From Massalongia carnosa (lineage: Eukaryota), in the NCBI GenBank assembly GCA_965645245.1, contig OZ287084.1:992001-1056000 (forward strand): a stretch of DNA of 64,000 nt, given 5' to 3'. Below the pieces are notes generated by a model. The model saw only the letters and a program-made list of their open reading frames with translations, was not told the DNA's origin and did not search any database. The position numbers and the translations under genes were made by a program. Below are positions 26,701 to 40,367 of the stretch, in pieces; position 1 is the stretch's first letter; every line of letters begins with the position of its first letter.

Positions 26701-29670
26701 TCGGATAAAATATTAATCAATACAGATGAAATTCTGTATTATCTTCAGACACTCTCCAACTTAGTGCTGTGTTCAAAAGGCAATATCTGGTTATCTTTCG
26801 CTAGGCAACTAGCCGCTAACGATGAAAGTGTAGACGATTCAAGCCATCAGATCTATCCTACAGACGAGGCCAAGGGTGTGACAGGCCAGACACAACTGAC
26901 TAGAATATGCTTAGATATTTTTCGCAGGCATAGACAGGATCTAAGGAGCGTCGGTGATCATAGCTCCTTACTGTGTAGGGCTGCGGCGATCTTGCTGAAG
27001 CAACTAATAGTTGGACTTTCGTCGGCTTTTGTTCAGGAACCAGAAATGGAGATCTCAGTTATCGAGACACTTTCGTGGTCTGTAAAAAACTCTGACGTGC
27101 TACTTCAGACGCATCTTATGGATTTGGTATTAGTCACATTGAGAGTACGGTTGGCAAACATGGAGGTTGCTTATGCACCTGCACATCGAAGGACTACCTC
27201 GCTGGAGAACGTCAAAGGTTTCGCTCGACAGTCATTCTCCATGCCAAGGGTTGAGAAGGATCCAGCAGTTCAAACCCTACCGCCACCTCCTCCGGTTCTG
27301 TTGGAATGTCTAATGTTAGGATTGAGCTCACCGAGTACGCACCCAGTACTTGATTATTGGATTGAATTTCTTAATAAGTGTCTACCATTCTACGCCGGTA
27401 ACGAATTTCAAATATTGATGCCGCTTGTCAGTTGTTTCACTAAAAGTTTGGATTCGGTTTTCAAAGATATCCAAGCTAAGTTTGAAGAGTCTTATCTGGG
27501 CCCTCTTACTACTATTGAACCACCAACTACATTTATCACCTTACTCAACGGTCTTGAACAAGCTCTTGCTAGCGCACACGATCAGCTGATTCGTACCGAT
27601 GTTGGGAATCCGGCGGTGAAGTCTCCAGAACAAATCCAAGGCTTCTTTGGAACTATGGTATCAGGCGTCTTCGCACCAGAAACTCCAAGGTCAAGAACTA
27701 TGACGGCGAACAATCGGTTGACCGTTCTTCTCTGTTTCAAAGATGCAGTCTGCTTAGGCTTGAAAATCTGGTCTTGGGGCGATGGTCGTGTTGAAGTCTC
27801 ATCAAGAAATCTTGGAATGTCAGCTTCGTTCAGCCATACGTCTCTTCGTATGAAGAATCGCACACGTAGGATTCTTGAACATCTCTTCGCCGCAGAAGCT
27901 TTAGAGTGTCTTGAGACTCTGATTGAATCTTGGTGCAAATCGGAGGCGGAAGGGAGTGTAGCGCATTCGTCTACTGTCTTTCATTTATTGCATGCGTTAG
28001 ATGGATCGAGGCCAAGAAACACCATTCCAGCAATATTCAATGCAATATACAGTCGTACAAATCCGAACGCATTGGATCCAGTTCGGAAATCCACCCTGAC
28101 AACCGATCTATCTGACATCAGTCTAGCTGGATTTCTTGTTGCATATACGCGGTCATTGGAAGATGACGCTATGGATGAGATTTGGACAGATTGTATGACT
28201 TTTCTGAGAGACGTGCTGGCAAACCCACTACCTCATAGGCAAACCCTGCCAAAGCTGCTTGAGTTCACTGCTATACTAGGCGAGAAGGTAGACAACACTA
28301 ATTTTGGGGAGCAACGTAGAATGCGAAGAGATTTGGGGGTAAGCAACTACTAAGCTCAGCGTTCCCCCATGACAAACTGACTATCCTAGGATCTCTTCGT
28401 TCGAGTTCTTGCAGCTACATTTACAACCAGACCTCTGGGGTTTTCGCTTGATGCTTCACCGGCCGTCGTTGCAGAGAAAACCTCCAGCGACTCTTTACAA
28501 TCACTTGATCTCCGCAAGAGTTTGGTATCTGACGATGTCGTGGCTATACTAGCTTCAATACTTCCCAGTATTTCAAAGATTCTAGTTGACTCTGATCGAA
28601 TTACTGCTGCTGCGACAACCGTGTCAACACATGTACTGGCGCCCACGTTTCGATGGAAATCTTATCCTCAAAATGTAATGCAAAGCACACTTGACATATT
28701 GTATGCAATGTCAAGAATACCCGAAGCATCAAAGATTTGGAGAAAGGATGTTGCTGAGGCCTTTAACGATTCTAGATTCTTCTGTGCTAGCTCTCTAGGT
28801 CTGGCGGAGCATGGATGGTTGCCAGTATTACGGCAATGGGCTTTATTGGATAAAGATCGGATGCCAGAATTTTTGGCTCGGTTGTCATCGCCCACGTCCG
28901 CGGGCATCATGTTTGGAGTCGGTGCTTCATCTGCACGATTGGAAGCTGATCGTAAAACCCAACTCAACCTTCGGCGGATGGTGTTGCTTTTCCTCGCCTC
29001 TGCCGAGGACACCTTTGTCGCCAACCTCTCGAGTATCCAAGAAAAGCTTGTAGAATTAATGACCGCGACGGCTGCTTCATCTCCGTCTTCTGCAACACGA
29101 GCTGAGATCTTCATGCTGTTACGTTCACTGGTATTGAAGGTCTCGCCAGTACACTTGGCGTCATATTGGCCTATCATCAATTCCGAGCTCTATGATGCAA
29201 TATCGTCTTTATTTTCTGACGGCACCCATGATACATATGACATACATTGCGTCCTACAGGCGTGTAAGCTTCTTGAGACTCTGCTCGTCATTGCTCCCGA
29301 TGATTTCCAGATGAGAGAATGGCTTTTTATAACCGATACAATTGATGCTGTCTACCGACCTCCAGAGTGGGACCCTATAGCTCTAGTTGATGAATTAGCC
29401 GAGGATCTGGACTCTAAAGCCGGCCTTTCACATAACGCGACAACTCCGCTTCCTACCACCACACATGATGGCAAACGCAAGCCCCTTCTAACCCAGGGAA
29501 TCGTGAAAGGTGTGCCCAAGGAAGATCTCGTCAACCGTGTGCTGCGTCCATTCTTCCGACAGTTGAGCATCAACTCTTTTGAGAGTGTATATGGAATGGA
29601 ACCCCCTGATTGGAAGTTTTGTTGCGAGGACCTTCTGGTCGATGTATTTGACGAGAGTACGATCGTGTAA
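23732..29670 (+). CDS. DOP1: Dopey family protein (Golgi/endosome trafficking; multi-exon)
   Basis: Dopey N-terminus [84 protein letters not shown]; C-terminal ARLEADRKTQLNLRR and EWLFITDTIDAVY. Confidence 0.93.
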
Positions 29671-31323
29671 CGGCAAACGGAGTAAGAAAGGTTACCTTGA
29701 TTAGTGACTGACGGCATAGAGTCTCGACGGCTATCTGAATCAATGGCAATTTTAGTGGCAAACGCACACTCTCACTAACTTTATGTGCATATTTTGTAAA
29801 GTAGAATGATCTGCGCTTTATACATCCCCGGATGATAATGTTTGTTTCTACAGCCGCAGACCACCGCTATGACCTGTAGATTGCATTGAACCCTTAACAT
29901 TATGCCATTCCAAAGCAAGCTCTAACACAAATTGTATCCAGGGGCTCGACTATGCACTCCACTTTAGTGCTGCGTCAATCGGCCCTCAAACGAGTATAAA
30001 TATCGTTATATTCCTCAGCTGCCAATAATTGAGGTTTCAAAATAGCATTAACGTAACACGAAATTCCTGATCGTGCTAGCTAAGCTTACAGTTGTTGATC
30101 ACCGGGTTCACTGGGTACCTTGGGTTGGTTCATTTCAATGGCTAAAGAGAGCAATAAGCAACTGTCACAAGTGTTTTTCCTTCGGAAATACAATATATTT
30201 CTTCTTGAGTTGTCCCTAATCTTACAAGTATAACAAGCCTGTCGTAGGGATATGTAAGATCCGACGTCTTACTGAACATCTTGTGAGGGCGAAGGAATGG
30301 ATGGGTATTTGGGGTAGAATATCAAATTACACCAGTTGGAGCGACTTGATGCCTCATCTTGAAAGATATTGACCAAGGTGTTTTCAAGAAGAGGATGGGT
30401 GAAACAGGGCGCTATTATGATGCGATTCTTAGTGGGCATTTCATACTTAACGCGCCCAGAAGTCTGCCCGTCCGCTTCCTGCTCAGGAACACGAGTACAG
30501 GAAGTTCAGATGAACGGACGCACGCATATCGCAAACTCGTTTTGATGGCTTCAGGCCGCCGTTAACGTGTTTTCGATGTTTGAGTTATTAAAATTTGTGT
30601 ACTTCGAAGACAAGTGACGGGAATGGAGACAGGAGCCGTCCTAAATTCCATTTCATCAATGCTTAACCTTTTCCACTGAAGATCTCTATCAATTTTGTGA
30701 CTTCCTCACGTTGTGCTGTTCACTTCATCTCAATACTTCAGGCACTGACTTTATGCCGCCGCTACCTGGTTGGCGCTCAGCTATGCTGATGCTTAACTTT
30801 GTTGCGGATGCGTTATTGGCTGTGGAACGAGAAAAGGCTTTATCAAATCTGTACGGCCGCTTTGAAAAGTGGATGCATTAGGAAAGACCTTTTAGTCTTG
30901 AGCTTCGTCTCACCCTGGAGACAATGGAGAGGAACAACGCCAACAGCTCAATAATAGCCCTTTCTCCCTTTATTCTCTTCACCGTTTCAGCCTTTGACTG
31001 AACTACTATTAGGCCTCCCCTGGTTTGGCTTGTCAGTACTAGTTAGTCTTTCGCCCTACACGAAATGTTTCTAAACAATCTAATCTAAAAACGGAGCAAA
31101 CCGAATTCTAGCCCTTGGACGGCACAAGTCAACCTTGCAGTGTCCTATATACATGAGCCAAATAGAGGCATAGGTTTCAACAACCTTGTATCTGCATGAT
31201 ATGGATAGACATATTAGTCATTTACTGCTGACTCTGCTCCCCCGAATCTGCATGTAATATATCAGCCAGTTCCCTAGGCGCTATCATTGACCTATATCCA
31301 AGAGCACCCCTTCATCAATCAAT

Positions 31324-32706
31324 ATGTCATGGCTTACAAGCCATATTTTCCTTGCTTTTATTTTCTTATGGATTCCCACTATAGTTGCCACTCCATTTCC
31401 ACAATATTTCAGTTCATCTGAAGATTTGCTCCCAGCGAATTTGGCATCCGCTCCTTTAGCTGGAGTCAGTACGGAGCCTGATTCTACAAGTTCAGGTCGC
31501 CTGAATCATGTGGCTGCTCTTCCCTTTGATGGTTCCATGGTCTTAGACAGCTCGACCAATTCCCTCAATATTCTATCTGACCCATCTGTTATATTTGCCT
31601 CTCTATACGAACAGCAAGCTTCGCTTCCAAGTGCTCAAAGAAATCTACTCGAGCCAGGCGGGTCAAGCGCTGTGTCCAACTCGAATATCATTCCATCCGG
31701 TCAAGTCGACTTTACAGGTAATTCAGACAGTACAGTTGCGCCTCTTAACTCTGACCCCCAGGCCCAATCTACCTGGACCGAGGTAACACAATCATTCCAT
31801 CTGAACACCCCAAATCCGTTGTCTTACTCGAATACCCAGGATCAAACAAATACTTCAAAGGTAGCACTTAACCCAGGGATCCCACAAGACTCACAGGATC
31901 TAGCCATCGGCGATGACGAAGGCATAGGTTTACCTCTCCCGTCGGTTGGTGAACCTTCGGGAAGCGCCTCCCAAGATGACAACCCCCAATACCAACGTCT
32001 CGAGGATTTCGTCCCATTATTAGAGAAGCCTCGTTGCGAGGACGGAAAACACAACTTTTGCTGTGAAAAACCGGCCCCATGGAAACAAGGAAATGGTCCC
32101 CCTATAAATTTTGATCTCCATGTCAAGACACGAAGAGACTGTGCTGTATGTAGGTTATCTACCCTCATAACCCTTACTCTCTGTTCCCAACATCTACTTA
32201 GCCAGAGATCATACATTAGTTAGGTCTAATCAATCTGCTCACAGGGCGCATAAGCTGTCCGCACAAGGAAAATAACTTTTGTTGTGATTGCATAGATCCA
32301 GTAGGTACCTCCTCGCCTGCAAACGACGGAGAAATCGCCGCTTGAGCGTCCGTGAAGCGCAAACGCTGGTACTAAGAAATTTTAGAAAGGCCGAGGGTGG
32401 GCATATGGGTGCGAGAACCCCTTTTTCAAGGGCCTTGGAGACAAGGTTCCAGACCCGATAGCGGCACCGCAGCCTCAGCCAGCTCCACCTGGCTCCAAGC
32501 GAGAATTATCATCTCAGGGTGGAGAAAAACCGCGCAAGGGAAATCTAGCTAGGCCCGGTGGAAGAGGGGGGTCTGACCAGGGATACCCCTCATATGGGCA
32601 AAGGAGGCCAGGGAGCGACAATGGGAGACCCAAATTTGATGAAACTTGTGAGCCGGAATGGTTGTGGAATACTTATAGAATTGGGAAGCCTCCCAAAACC
32701 CATTGA
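31324..32706 (+). CDS. Secreted Ser-rich protein with C-terminal Cys-rich domain, paralogue A (3 exons)
   Basis: Signal-peptide-like MSWLTSHIFLAFIFLWIPTIVA|TPFPQ. Spliced Cys domain KPRCEDGKHNFCC..RRDCAV|WRISCPHKENNFCCDCIDP|KGRGWAYGCENPF..KR..TCEPEWL..TH*. Confidence 0.75.
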
Positions 32707-33729
32707 CGCTGGTAAATTCACCTTCTCGTCGTGAGCATATTTGATAGTTATGCTTGGACCGAGTTTGTACACCACAGTGCTCTCTACAAACGAGCTTTGA
32801 GGTTGATTACCTTCCCCACTTACTCACATGAAAAGCATGCCTTTACTGTCATGGTGTGGCGAAGATGCAGCTAGAGAAAGATTTAATTGGGCCTAAGCCC
32901 AGGTTATTAGAAACAGCCATCTGGGGGGTTCATACGAGTTCCTATCTCAGATCCCGATCATGTTTGTTGCGACATTGCACGCACGGATCTGCTGACCCTG
33001 TTCGCATTGCCAGAAGCAAAAGCAAGCGGTCCGTCAACGAGAATTGACGGAAACCCATCTTGAGATGTTACCTAAATTATCGTCCGTTGCGCACGGGAAG
33101 CCTAAGCCTAAGTACGCTTCATGGAACTCACGGTCCTGTTTGTGCTCCGGAAACATTGCCGTGGAGGTGGAGCCTAGAGGACTATACCGTGCACTTAACG
33201 CAGGAACGGGAGGAGCCCAAACGGCTCGTTTGGCTTAATGTTGTTTCGGTCGAGGACGGGAAACACGAGTACACGGGCTATGAACTCCGACTCAGCCTCT
33301 TTGTCCACAATGATTCCTGGTGCTTTGTTGAGATAAATAAATGGCAAAGTGGTAAATCACACATACATTGGTTTCATAGTTATCCATGTCTATTGTTATC
33401 GGATTTTTAGGAATCCAAATTCCTTTTGAACTTTTCTCAACATTTCGTTGCGCCACAAAAAAACCCCAAAACTTTCCTATGGGATCACTCAAGCAACTTG
33501 CTTTATCATGTTGTCATGGCAAATGAACGAGCGTAAATAATACCTGTTGCCCTTGAGTCTGCTAAGTGAATCTCTGGTGATAACATGCACACATACTCCT
33601 CAAACTCCGAACCGCTGTTATAGCGATAGTCACGATAATCAACCCGTTGGGGCACGAGATCCGTGTCAAATCTTTTTAAATAGAAAACAAATCTATCGCC
33701 TGTATTTTTAATTTTAAAGAAATCCTAAC

Positions 33730-34924
33730 ATGTTGTTCCATTTTCTTATATTTGCGTGGCTTCGCACGATATTTGCCAACCCTTTCCCACAGGGTTTCAA
33801 TCAGCCAGCGTTGGCTCTCGCAGATGACTCGGCCAGCTCTGGAGGTTTCAGTCTGCAAACTACGGATCCAGTAGCCGTGAGTGAAGCCTTTTCAAGTTCT
33901 TCAGATCTCTTACCTCTAGCCAACCCAGACTCGGAGGGTCCTGGCAACCCTGTTCCGGGCAGCTCGAGCAACCTAGTAGATTTCACCAGCGGGATAGACG
34001 GCCCACACTCGTCCAATATCGAAACCACTTTTGCGCTCTCCGAAAATCAATTCACCGAGGCGAATGTTTCGCCCAGCGATACTTTGAATGTCAAGGATGA
34101 CAGCTTAACTGGATCATCCACTTCAGGCGCTGACTCAGTTGATCCACTCGATCTCTTTGGGCCATCATATGGTTCAAATGCCCTGCTTCAATCATATGGA
34201 TCCACCACTCCTGCTGATACGATCAGCCACTCTGCAGATCTGGCACTGGATGACGATGAAAGCACAAGCCTCTGGACTATCCCCAGCTGGGGGATGCCGC
34301 GGACTACTTCGCCCGAGCCAGACGTAGTCCCGGACCTGGGGGCTCTACTACTTCCCCAAATGAAGAAACCTCGGTGCAAAGACGGAACATATAACATGTG
34401 CTGCAAAAAGGGTCCCCCTAACCCTAAGACTGTAGCTAGAAATGTAAATATACGACGAGAGTGTTATCTTTGTGAGTATTCATCTTTTAATCTATCGTCC
34501 TCCTATTTCCATTGCCTGGTCTCCCTTCGTCGGTGAATCTTCAAAGTGACAATGGCTGATCGAACATCTCAAATCTCTCTCTGGAGGGGGCACCAGTGTT
34601 CTGGGCTGTGAATGGATTCCCAACAACTTCTGTTGCGCCTGTAAAACCTTGGTGAGAATCCCTTTGCGCTCAAGTAGTCGAGGATGTTAACCGAACCCCA
34701 CGGTGAAGAAACGCGTGGGATTCGACTGTTCGAATCCCTTTTACGAAAATTTCCCGTATCCCGGCACTCCTCCCGGTCCCATCGACCCAGAACCACACCC
34801 TCAGCCGGACGCCGGTGGACAAAAGCGCAAAAGGCAAGGGCGAAGGGGGGAGGGAAGACCCACGCACCCGTCGACCTGCCCTAAAGAGTTTTTGGATGAA
34901 TACAATCAGAGGTTTAGCGAGTAG
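33730..34924 (+). CDS. Secreted Ser-rich protein with C-terminal Cys-rich domain, paralogue B (3 exons)
   Basis: Signal-peptide-like MLFHFLIFAWLRTIFA|NPFPQ. KPRCKDGTYNMCC..RRECYL|..GCEWIPNNFCCACKTL|KRVGFDCSNPF..KR..TCPKEFL..SE*. Introns at positions equivalent to paralogue A. Confidence 0.75.
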
Positions 34925-35646
34925 CTAGCACCCTTGGATAATCAACCGGAGAAGCTTGTTTTGCAGATTCTGTAAGGTAATAAAATTAAAAACAGAGAGT
35001 CTCGCATGGCCGAGAAATCCAGCAATTCTCAACCGCGGTGGCATAGCATAGTATACAACAGCATGTCTCTAAAATGAAATTTTGGCATCGACCAACCTCG
35101 TCCTGCTCCACTGTACCTATCCGAGGCGTAGTTATCCAATTGCAAAACCCAACTCGCAGTCCAAACAAACCAGTCTTCTTTCATTCAAACCGCACACCAA
35201 ATATTTGCCCCGACCCATCGCCGAAGAAAGGAATCGGGAAAGATCCCCCAAAAATCACCTTACGCCTCCCCTTTTTCCCCTCGTGTTTCGAGATTCTCCT
35301 GTCGACATGACGTTTTTTCTTTCTCTCTTTTCTCTCTCTCACCTGCTTGATAGTTGACTAATTACTAACCACACCAGCCACAACCGTTCGTTCGGTTGTG
35401 CAAGACAGCGCAAAAGGCGCATTTGGAAAGAAAGAAAAACTGACATGTGCTGAGTGAGGGTTGAAATGTGAGGAGAATTGGATGTGGTAAAGTTGTACGC
35501 AATACGGTGAGGAATAGATAGGTAGGTACACTCTGAGTCACGGGATTAGCACTACTAAGTGGATTTTCCCCACCTATTTCTCCATTCTACCCCGTAATAA
35601 GGTGTCACATACTTCCTTTTTTGTTTAGATAGACATGAGATAAACA

Positions 35647-36280
35647 GCACAGAACGCATCAAGGAACGCTGGGACTCCAAATGGAAGACGTACCAGAACC
35701 GCATTCCCCGCCCGACAGAGGCACAGCTGGGATCTCTCAGTAGGACGAGACTGAAGATTCACAACAACCTGATGAAAGCGGAAAGCGCGCTAACCACGCA
35801 AATCCGCACCGAAAAAATAGGCTTGGCAAACTTCCTGTTCAATCTTCGGGTACCGGGTGTTATGACCCGGGACTGCTCGTGCGGATGGCAGAAGCAGACA
35901 GCCAAACACATTATTCTACATTGCAGGCTAATCGACGGCAGATACGAAGTGCTAAAACAAATAGGCACCAACGACTATCGAACGATCATGAGCTCGTCGA
36001 AAATGTTGAAAAAACTAACCACATGGATAATAAAAGCAAATTTGCTGACCCAATTTTCACTAGCATCGCAACTGTTATACGAGTGATAAATCTCATTTTG
36101 TCAAGGATTTCACAGAACATCGAGCGAAGAATGCAGTCCAGAAACGGAACACGTTTGGGATAATGGCGCAGTCTGCATGGTTTTTATCCCTTTAAAAGGT
36201 TTTCCCTGTAAGAATAAGTAGATAGCCCGCATGGGCCGGCCTTCGGCCGGTGTCAGATCGGTACAAGAATCAATCATCAT
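35647..36280 (+). mobile_element. 5'-truncated LINE (Tad1-like) retrocopy
   Basis: Encodes only the ORF2 C-terminus (KAESALTTQIRTEKIGL..CSCGWQKQTAKHIILHC), then a 3' UTR with a GC hairpin and an AATCAATCATCAT tail. Flanked by the 13-bp TSD CATGAGATAAACA (35634-35646 and 36281-36293). Confidence 0.92.
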
Positions 36281-38325
36281 CATGAGATAAACATCTACTT
36301 ATCAAACCAACTTTCTAACTCTTGGCATTTTGCATGGCTTATATATTTATTCATCACTGCTTAGTTTCTAACAACTACCTTGCATCAACGTACGGACCTT
36401 TTAGTTCTCTTACCTTTTATATACCCTTGTTGGGCTATGATGCTGCAGACTTATTCCTCTTATCGTTCATATCCTTTTTGCACTTCACTTTGATTCTTTA
36501 GCTTCAGTCTTTACGCAGTGATGAGGATACGCGTCTTGTAAGAGTTCGTTATGTATGCATAGATCTACCTACTTGATTTATTCGAGCATCATAGAGGTTT
36601 GCCATCTGTTTATTGATTATTCAATTGCTTCAGAAGAGTTTAGCATTTTAAGATCATATTTTTCTTACTGCAATATTGCATTTCATTACTTTAACCAAAT
36701 TTTGTTATTTGGATTGCAGAGCTTTTAATGTTATCTTCTTTAACATTATTTCTCCCAGGCAATATATTTTATGAACGAGTTACGACATCGAAGCGAAGGC
36801 TTGTTGAAACCAAAATAGACAGATGTTGATAAGCTATGGAGTTGTGTGGCTACATATGCTCCATAAATTAGCGCGAGATTAGTGAGCATAGAACTTTCCT
36901 GCCTCAACAAACGCAGCTGTGAGCTGGAATAATGGCAAAACCCGCTTTTGTGCTCGAAAGAAAGTGGAGACAGACCTCACGATATCGGAGGGCGATTCAG
37001 GAATGGACTTGATACATCGGGAGGGACATGGGCCGCGGTCTGAAGCATTGGAAAAAATGCTTTTTGTAAGATGAAGTCTTGGTGCGAAGGTATCGGGCTT
37101 GAGAGTGCGACCGTTCAGCTCGTAAGAACGAACACCCCCGGCATACCCATCCCAAAGGTTATCCATGCGTGAGCTTCATAGATCATTCCTCACTATGAAG
37201 CGTGTTACCGGCTAAGCGTTACAAGATGCTTTGGCTTCAACTTTCGCCAACCCAAAAGAGACGAGTTACCGATGATATTGCACAACTCTGCTGTACACTC
37301 ACATCAATAGCATAACTCACCTTGGAGAGTGCTACCAAGCGTGGCGTACTCGAACCCTTCCTTATAGCGCGTGCCGAGCAGTCTTATCCTTCGTGGAAAC
37401 CTAGACCTTTCGGTCGGTTTCCTCTCGTAGAACTCTCTATTTATCCCTCAAACCGATTGACATCGATCGACACTAGCCTGTCCGATATTGAAACTTCCTT
37501 GCATTTCTATCACGCTGATCTTGGGCTAGGCAGTATTATGAGTTTTGACGATGGAGCGTCAATGGAATATTGGATTGAAAATCTGCAAACTTCCAACCGG
37601 CTTTCTACGTTGCCTTTAAACCTATAACTCACCTAGGCTGTTAACTGTATTCGTTCATCGAAGGCATAAATAAAGCGAAAGACATGGAGCGAACTGCTCA
37701 AAAAAACTTGACGAGGAAAGGTTATGAGATGAGTGTTGTTCACTTCACTTGGGTCAAGGCATGGAAATAAGACGGGTGGAGCATTCTCCTTAGACATCTG
37801 CTCGATATTAATTCACGGAGGTATCCTGGAGCTAAATAGGTACTCCATTGATAAATCTGCTTTCCTACTTTGTAAACGAACGTAGAATGGCCTTTTAAAC
37901 CCAAGCACCACCCGACTAATCGTTACTCCGCTCGGTTCAAAGTAGACCTCATGAATTATATCAGGCCTTTTTATAGGCTAGCCATTCGCATACCGAAAGT
38001 CAGGCAGAACTAGGACGAAAAGGGGCTCGCTCTGATCAGTTGGGGTTAGCGCATCACAGATCGCCGAAACCGACATCCGCTCACGTGTCGCTTGACCTCC
38101 TGTTCCATATTTGGAGGAGCTTACGGAGTAGTCTCTACGCTGTACACAACAGCTCTTTCATCACCGCCACTCTTTTACCTTCTACGTACCAACACAACAA
38201 TAACAACACAACACCACACATACCCCCAATCTCAACTCTCGTTCAACTCCTCGTAATCCGTCCTTCTCTCACAAATCACCTACAAAATCCCACCAACCAA
38301 ACCCCCAACCCCCCCCCCCGAGATC

Positions 38326-39409
38326 ATGGCATCGAGACTCCTTGCCCCCTCCATTCGCCTTTCCACAACCGCCACTTCGCCTCTCCTTAGACAATCCGCT
38401 CGATCGTTCCAAGCGTCGAGCCGTCGGCTAGAAACTCCATCTGCCGCATTACCACTACGAAGGCCGATCGGGGCGTTCAGAGGAGGGTGAGTTTGTCACG
38501 ATCTTCATCGCCACCTACATTCTGCTCCCTTCCACGCACTAGCCTGATGCATCTGTCGCGTCTTGCTTTTGGTACCTTTTCGCCAAGTCAAGCGGGCTAA
38601 CGTATCCTCCTCGCCGCTACCGCCAGCTTCTTTGGTTTCCTCCTCGGTTCCACACTCGCCGGCGCAGGCGTCTACTACTACATCCTGAACGAGTACAAAG
38701 TGTCCAACGAGCTGTTGACCGAAGACATCTACGTACGTTATTGCATATAGATCAGAGTCTCGACGTTGGTCTTGAACGCCTTTCTTGCTTCGCGCTGCAT
38801 TAGCACTGCATTGCATTTTGCCATGGAGGGCATCAGCGCTGTCTGCTGCTTTTTCCTCTGCTTTACTACTATTCATGATGGTTGGTGATTGTTTGCGAAT
38901 GGGGTGATACTGTACTATTGTTACACCTCTCTACAGGCGGGCTCTTGTTACCTTTTATACGGGCCAGTCCACGCGCAAGGGATAGATTTCGGAGCGCTTT
39001 AAACTTATGTTTTTGCACTAGAGGAAAGCAGCGATAGAAGTTTTGTTGCCAGCAGGCCGGGGTGGAGCATTCGAATCGCGATAGATCTCTTATTCGTTCT
39101 CACAAGCCGAGAACAAAAAAAAGTCATTAATAGAACGGGACTTTGTTTATCATTTTCACCCAAACCTTCCATTTCATCTCGCCATCTCCTATTCCATTCA
39201 AAACAACCCAGCTTTTTCTTCTTTTCTCTTCTTCTGTTCTTTCTATTTTCAACCTTCAAACCTAGGTACCCAAAACAAAAACGCTGATCTCTCCCCCTCT
39301 TCTCCCCGCTCCCACGCCTTAGGCCCTCCAAGCCGCCGTCCAGAGAATCCACACCTACGTCCTAACCCTCGAGGAAAAGGTCGACGCCCTCCAGACGAAG
39401 AAATCGTGA
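38326..39409 (+). CDS. Small conserved fungal membrane protein with mitochondrial-presequence-like N-terminus (3 exons)
   Basis: MASRLLAPSIRLSTTATSPLLRQSARSFQASSRRL..RPIGAFRGG|FFGFLLGSTLAGAGVYYYILNEYKVSNELLTEDIY|ALQAAVQRIHTYVLTLEEKVDALQTKKS*. GT-AG introns; one TM helix followed by a coiled coil. Confidence 0.85.
38840..39118 (+). ncRNA. Candidate intron-encoded structured RNA (H/ACA-snoRNA-like layout)
   Basis: Lies in a 590-nt intron (38733-39322). Long helix 38845-38859 with 39020-39032, ANANNA box ATAGAA at 39034-39039, a second hairpin, then ACA at 39113-39115. Confidence 0.35.
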
Positions 39410-40367
39410 AAAATCGCACATTAAGCGTCGCGTGTGGTCAATGAATGAAATATGTGGGGGAGGGAAGGAAGGAGGTTTAAAGAGCGGTTTTTTTCTTCTT
39501 ACGGGGTCTGATGCGCGGGAAACAGAGAAAATGGGGGGGGTTATGGATGGGAGTTTTCCCCCTTGGAGGGGATGGAGTTGGAGACGGAGACGAGATAGGT
39601 ATGTAAGCTAGCTCTTTGTCCGAGAGAAGTGAATGGATGGATGTCAAGCTGTTTTTGGTCCGTCTTAGGATTGAAGGGTTACGGGAGATGTGGTGTGATG
39701 TGTGCTTGTTTATGGGGAATGTGTGTACGGAATACATACATACATACGTACGTTGGTTCCGACGTATCTTGAGGGGGATTCATGCGTGTATGGGGAAGTG
39801 TGGTATTGTAGTGACCAATGAGCCGACGAGTCTCGATCAGGGAGTGAGATTTCTTGCAAGAACCCGGGGGGGGGGGATCGTTTTTCGTTTTCTCTCTCTC
39901 TTTTTGATTTCGTTTCTGTTTATCTAATTTTCTCGAGGTCTTTCCCGTTGCCTTTAGCTTCTTCTTTATATCCGTTTTATCTAATTCGTTTAGTCTATCG
40001 ATTTGGAAATATAGCTAGGTACAGAGAATCGATAGATAGATAGATAGACGGGTAGACATATACATATCATTATCAATGGTGTGATGTGTACATTAATAAA
40101 CAGCTCGACTTCTCGGGGAGGGGCCTTGCAAATATGCAAGCGTCATTTCTCCTCTTTATATTCCATCTCCACGTACTCACTCATTCATTACTCATTCTCT
40201 CTGCCTCGATCTTCGATAGCTAGCTAGGCCTTCCCGATGACTCTTTAACTCCTCTCGCCTTCCTCCCACCCTGTCTCTCTCCAACGTCGTCCAGCTTCAC
40301 CGGGACTCGAGAGCCTGAAAAAAACAAAAAAAACAAACACAAAAAAGCCGCCGGTGTCCTCCCCAGA

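Noticed and set aside
39050..39072. SRP RNA helix 8 (CAGGCC..GGAGCA)
   Set aside because: Lacks the GNRA tetraloop geometry and lies in a Pol II intron; probably coincidental.
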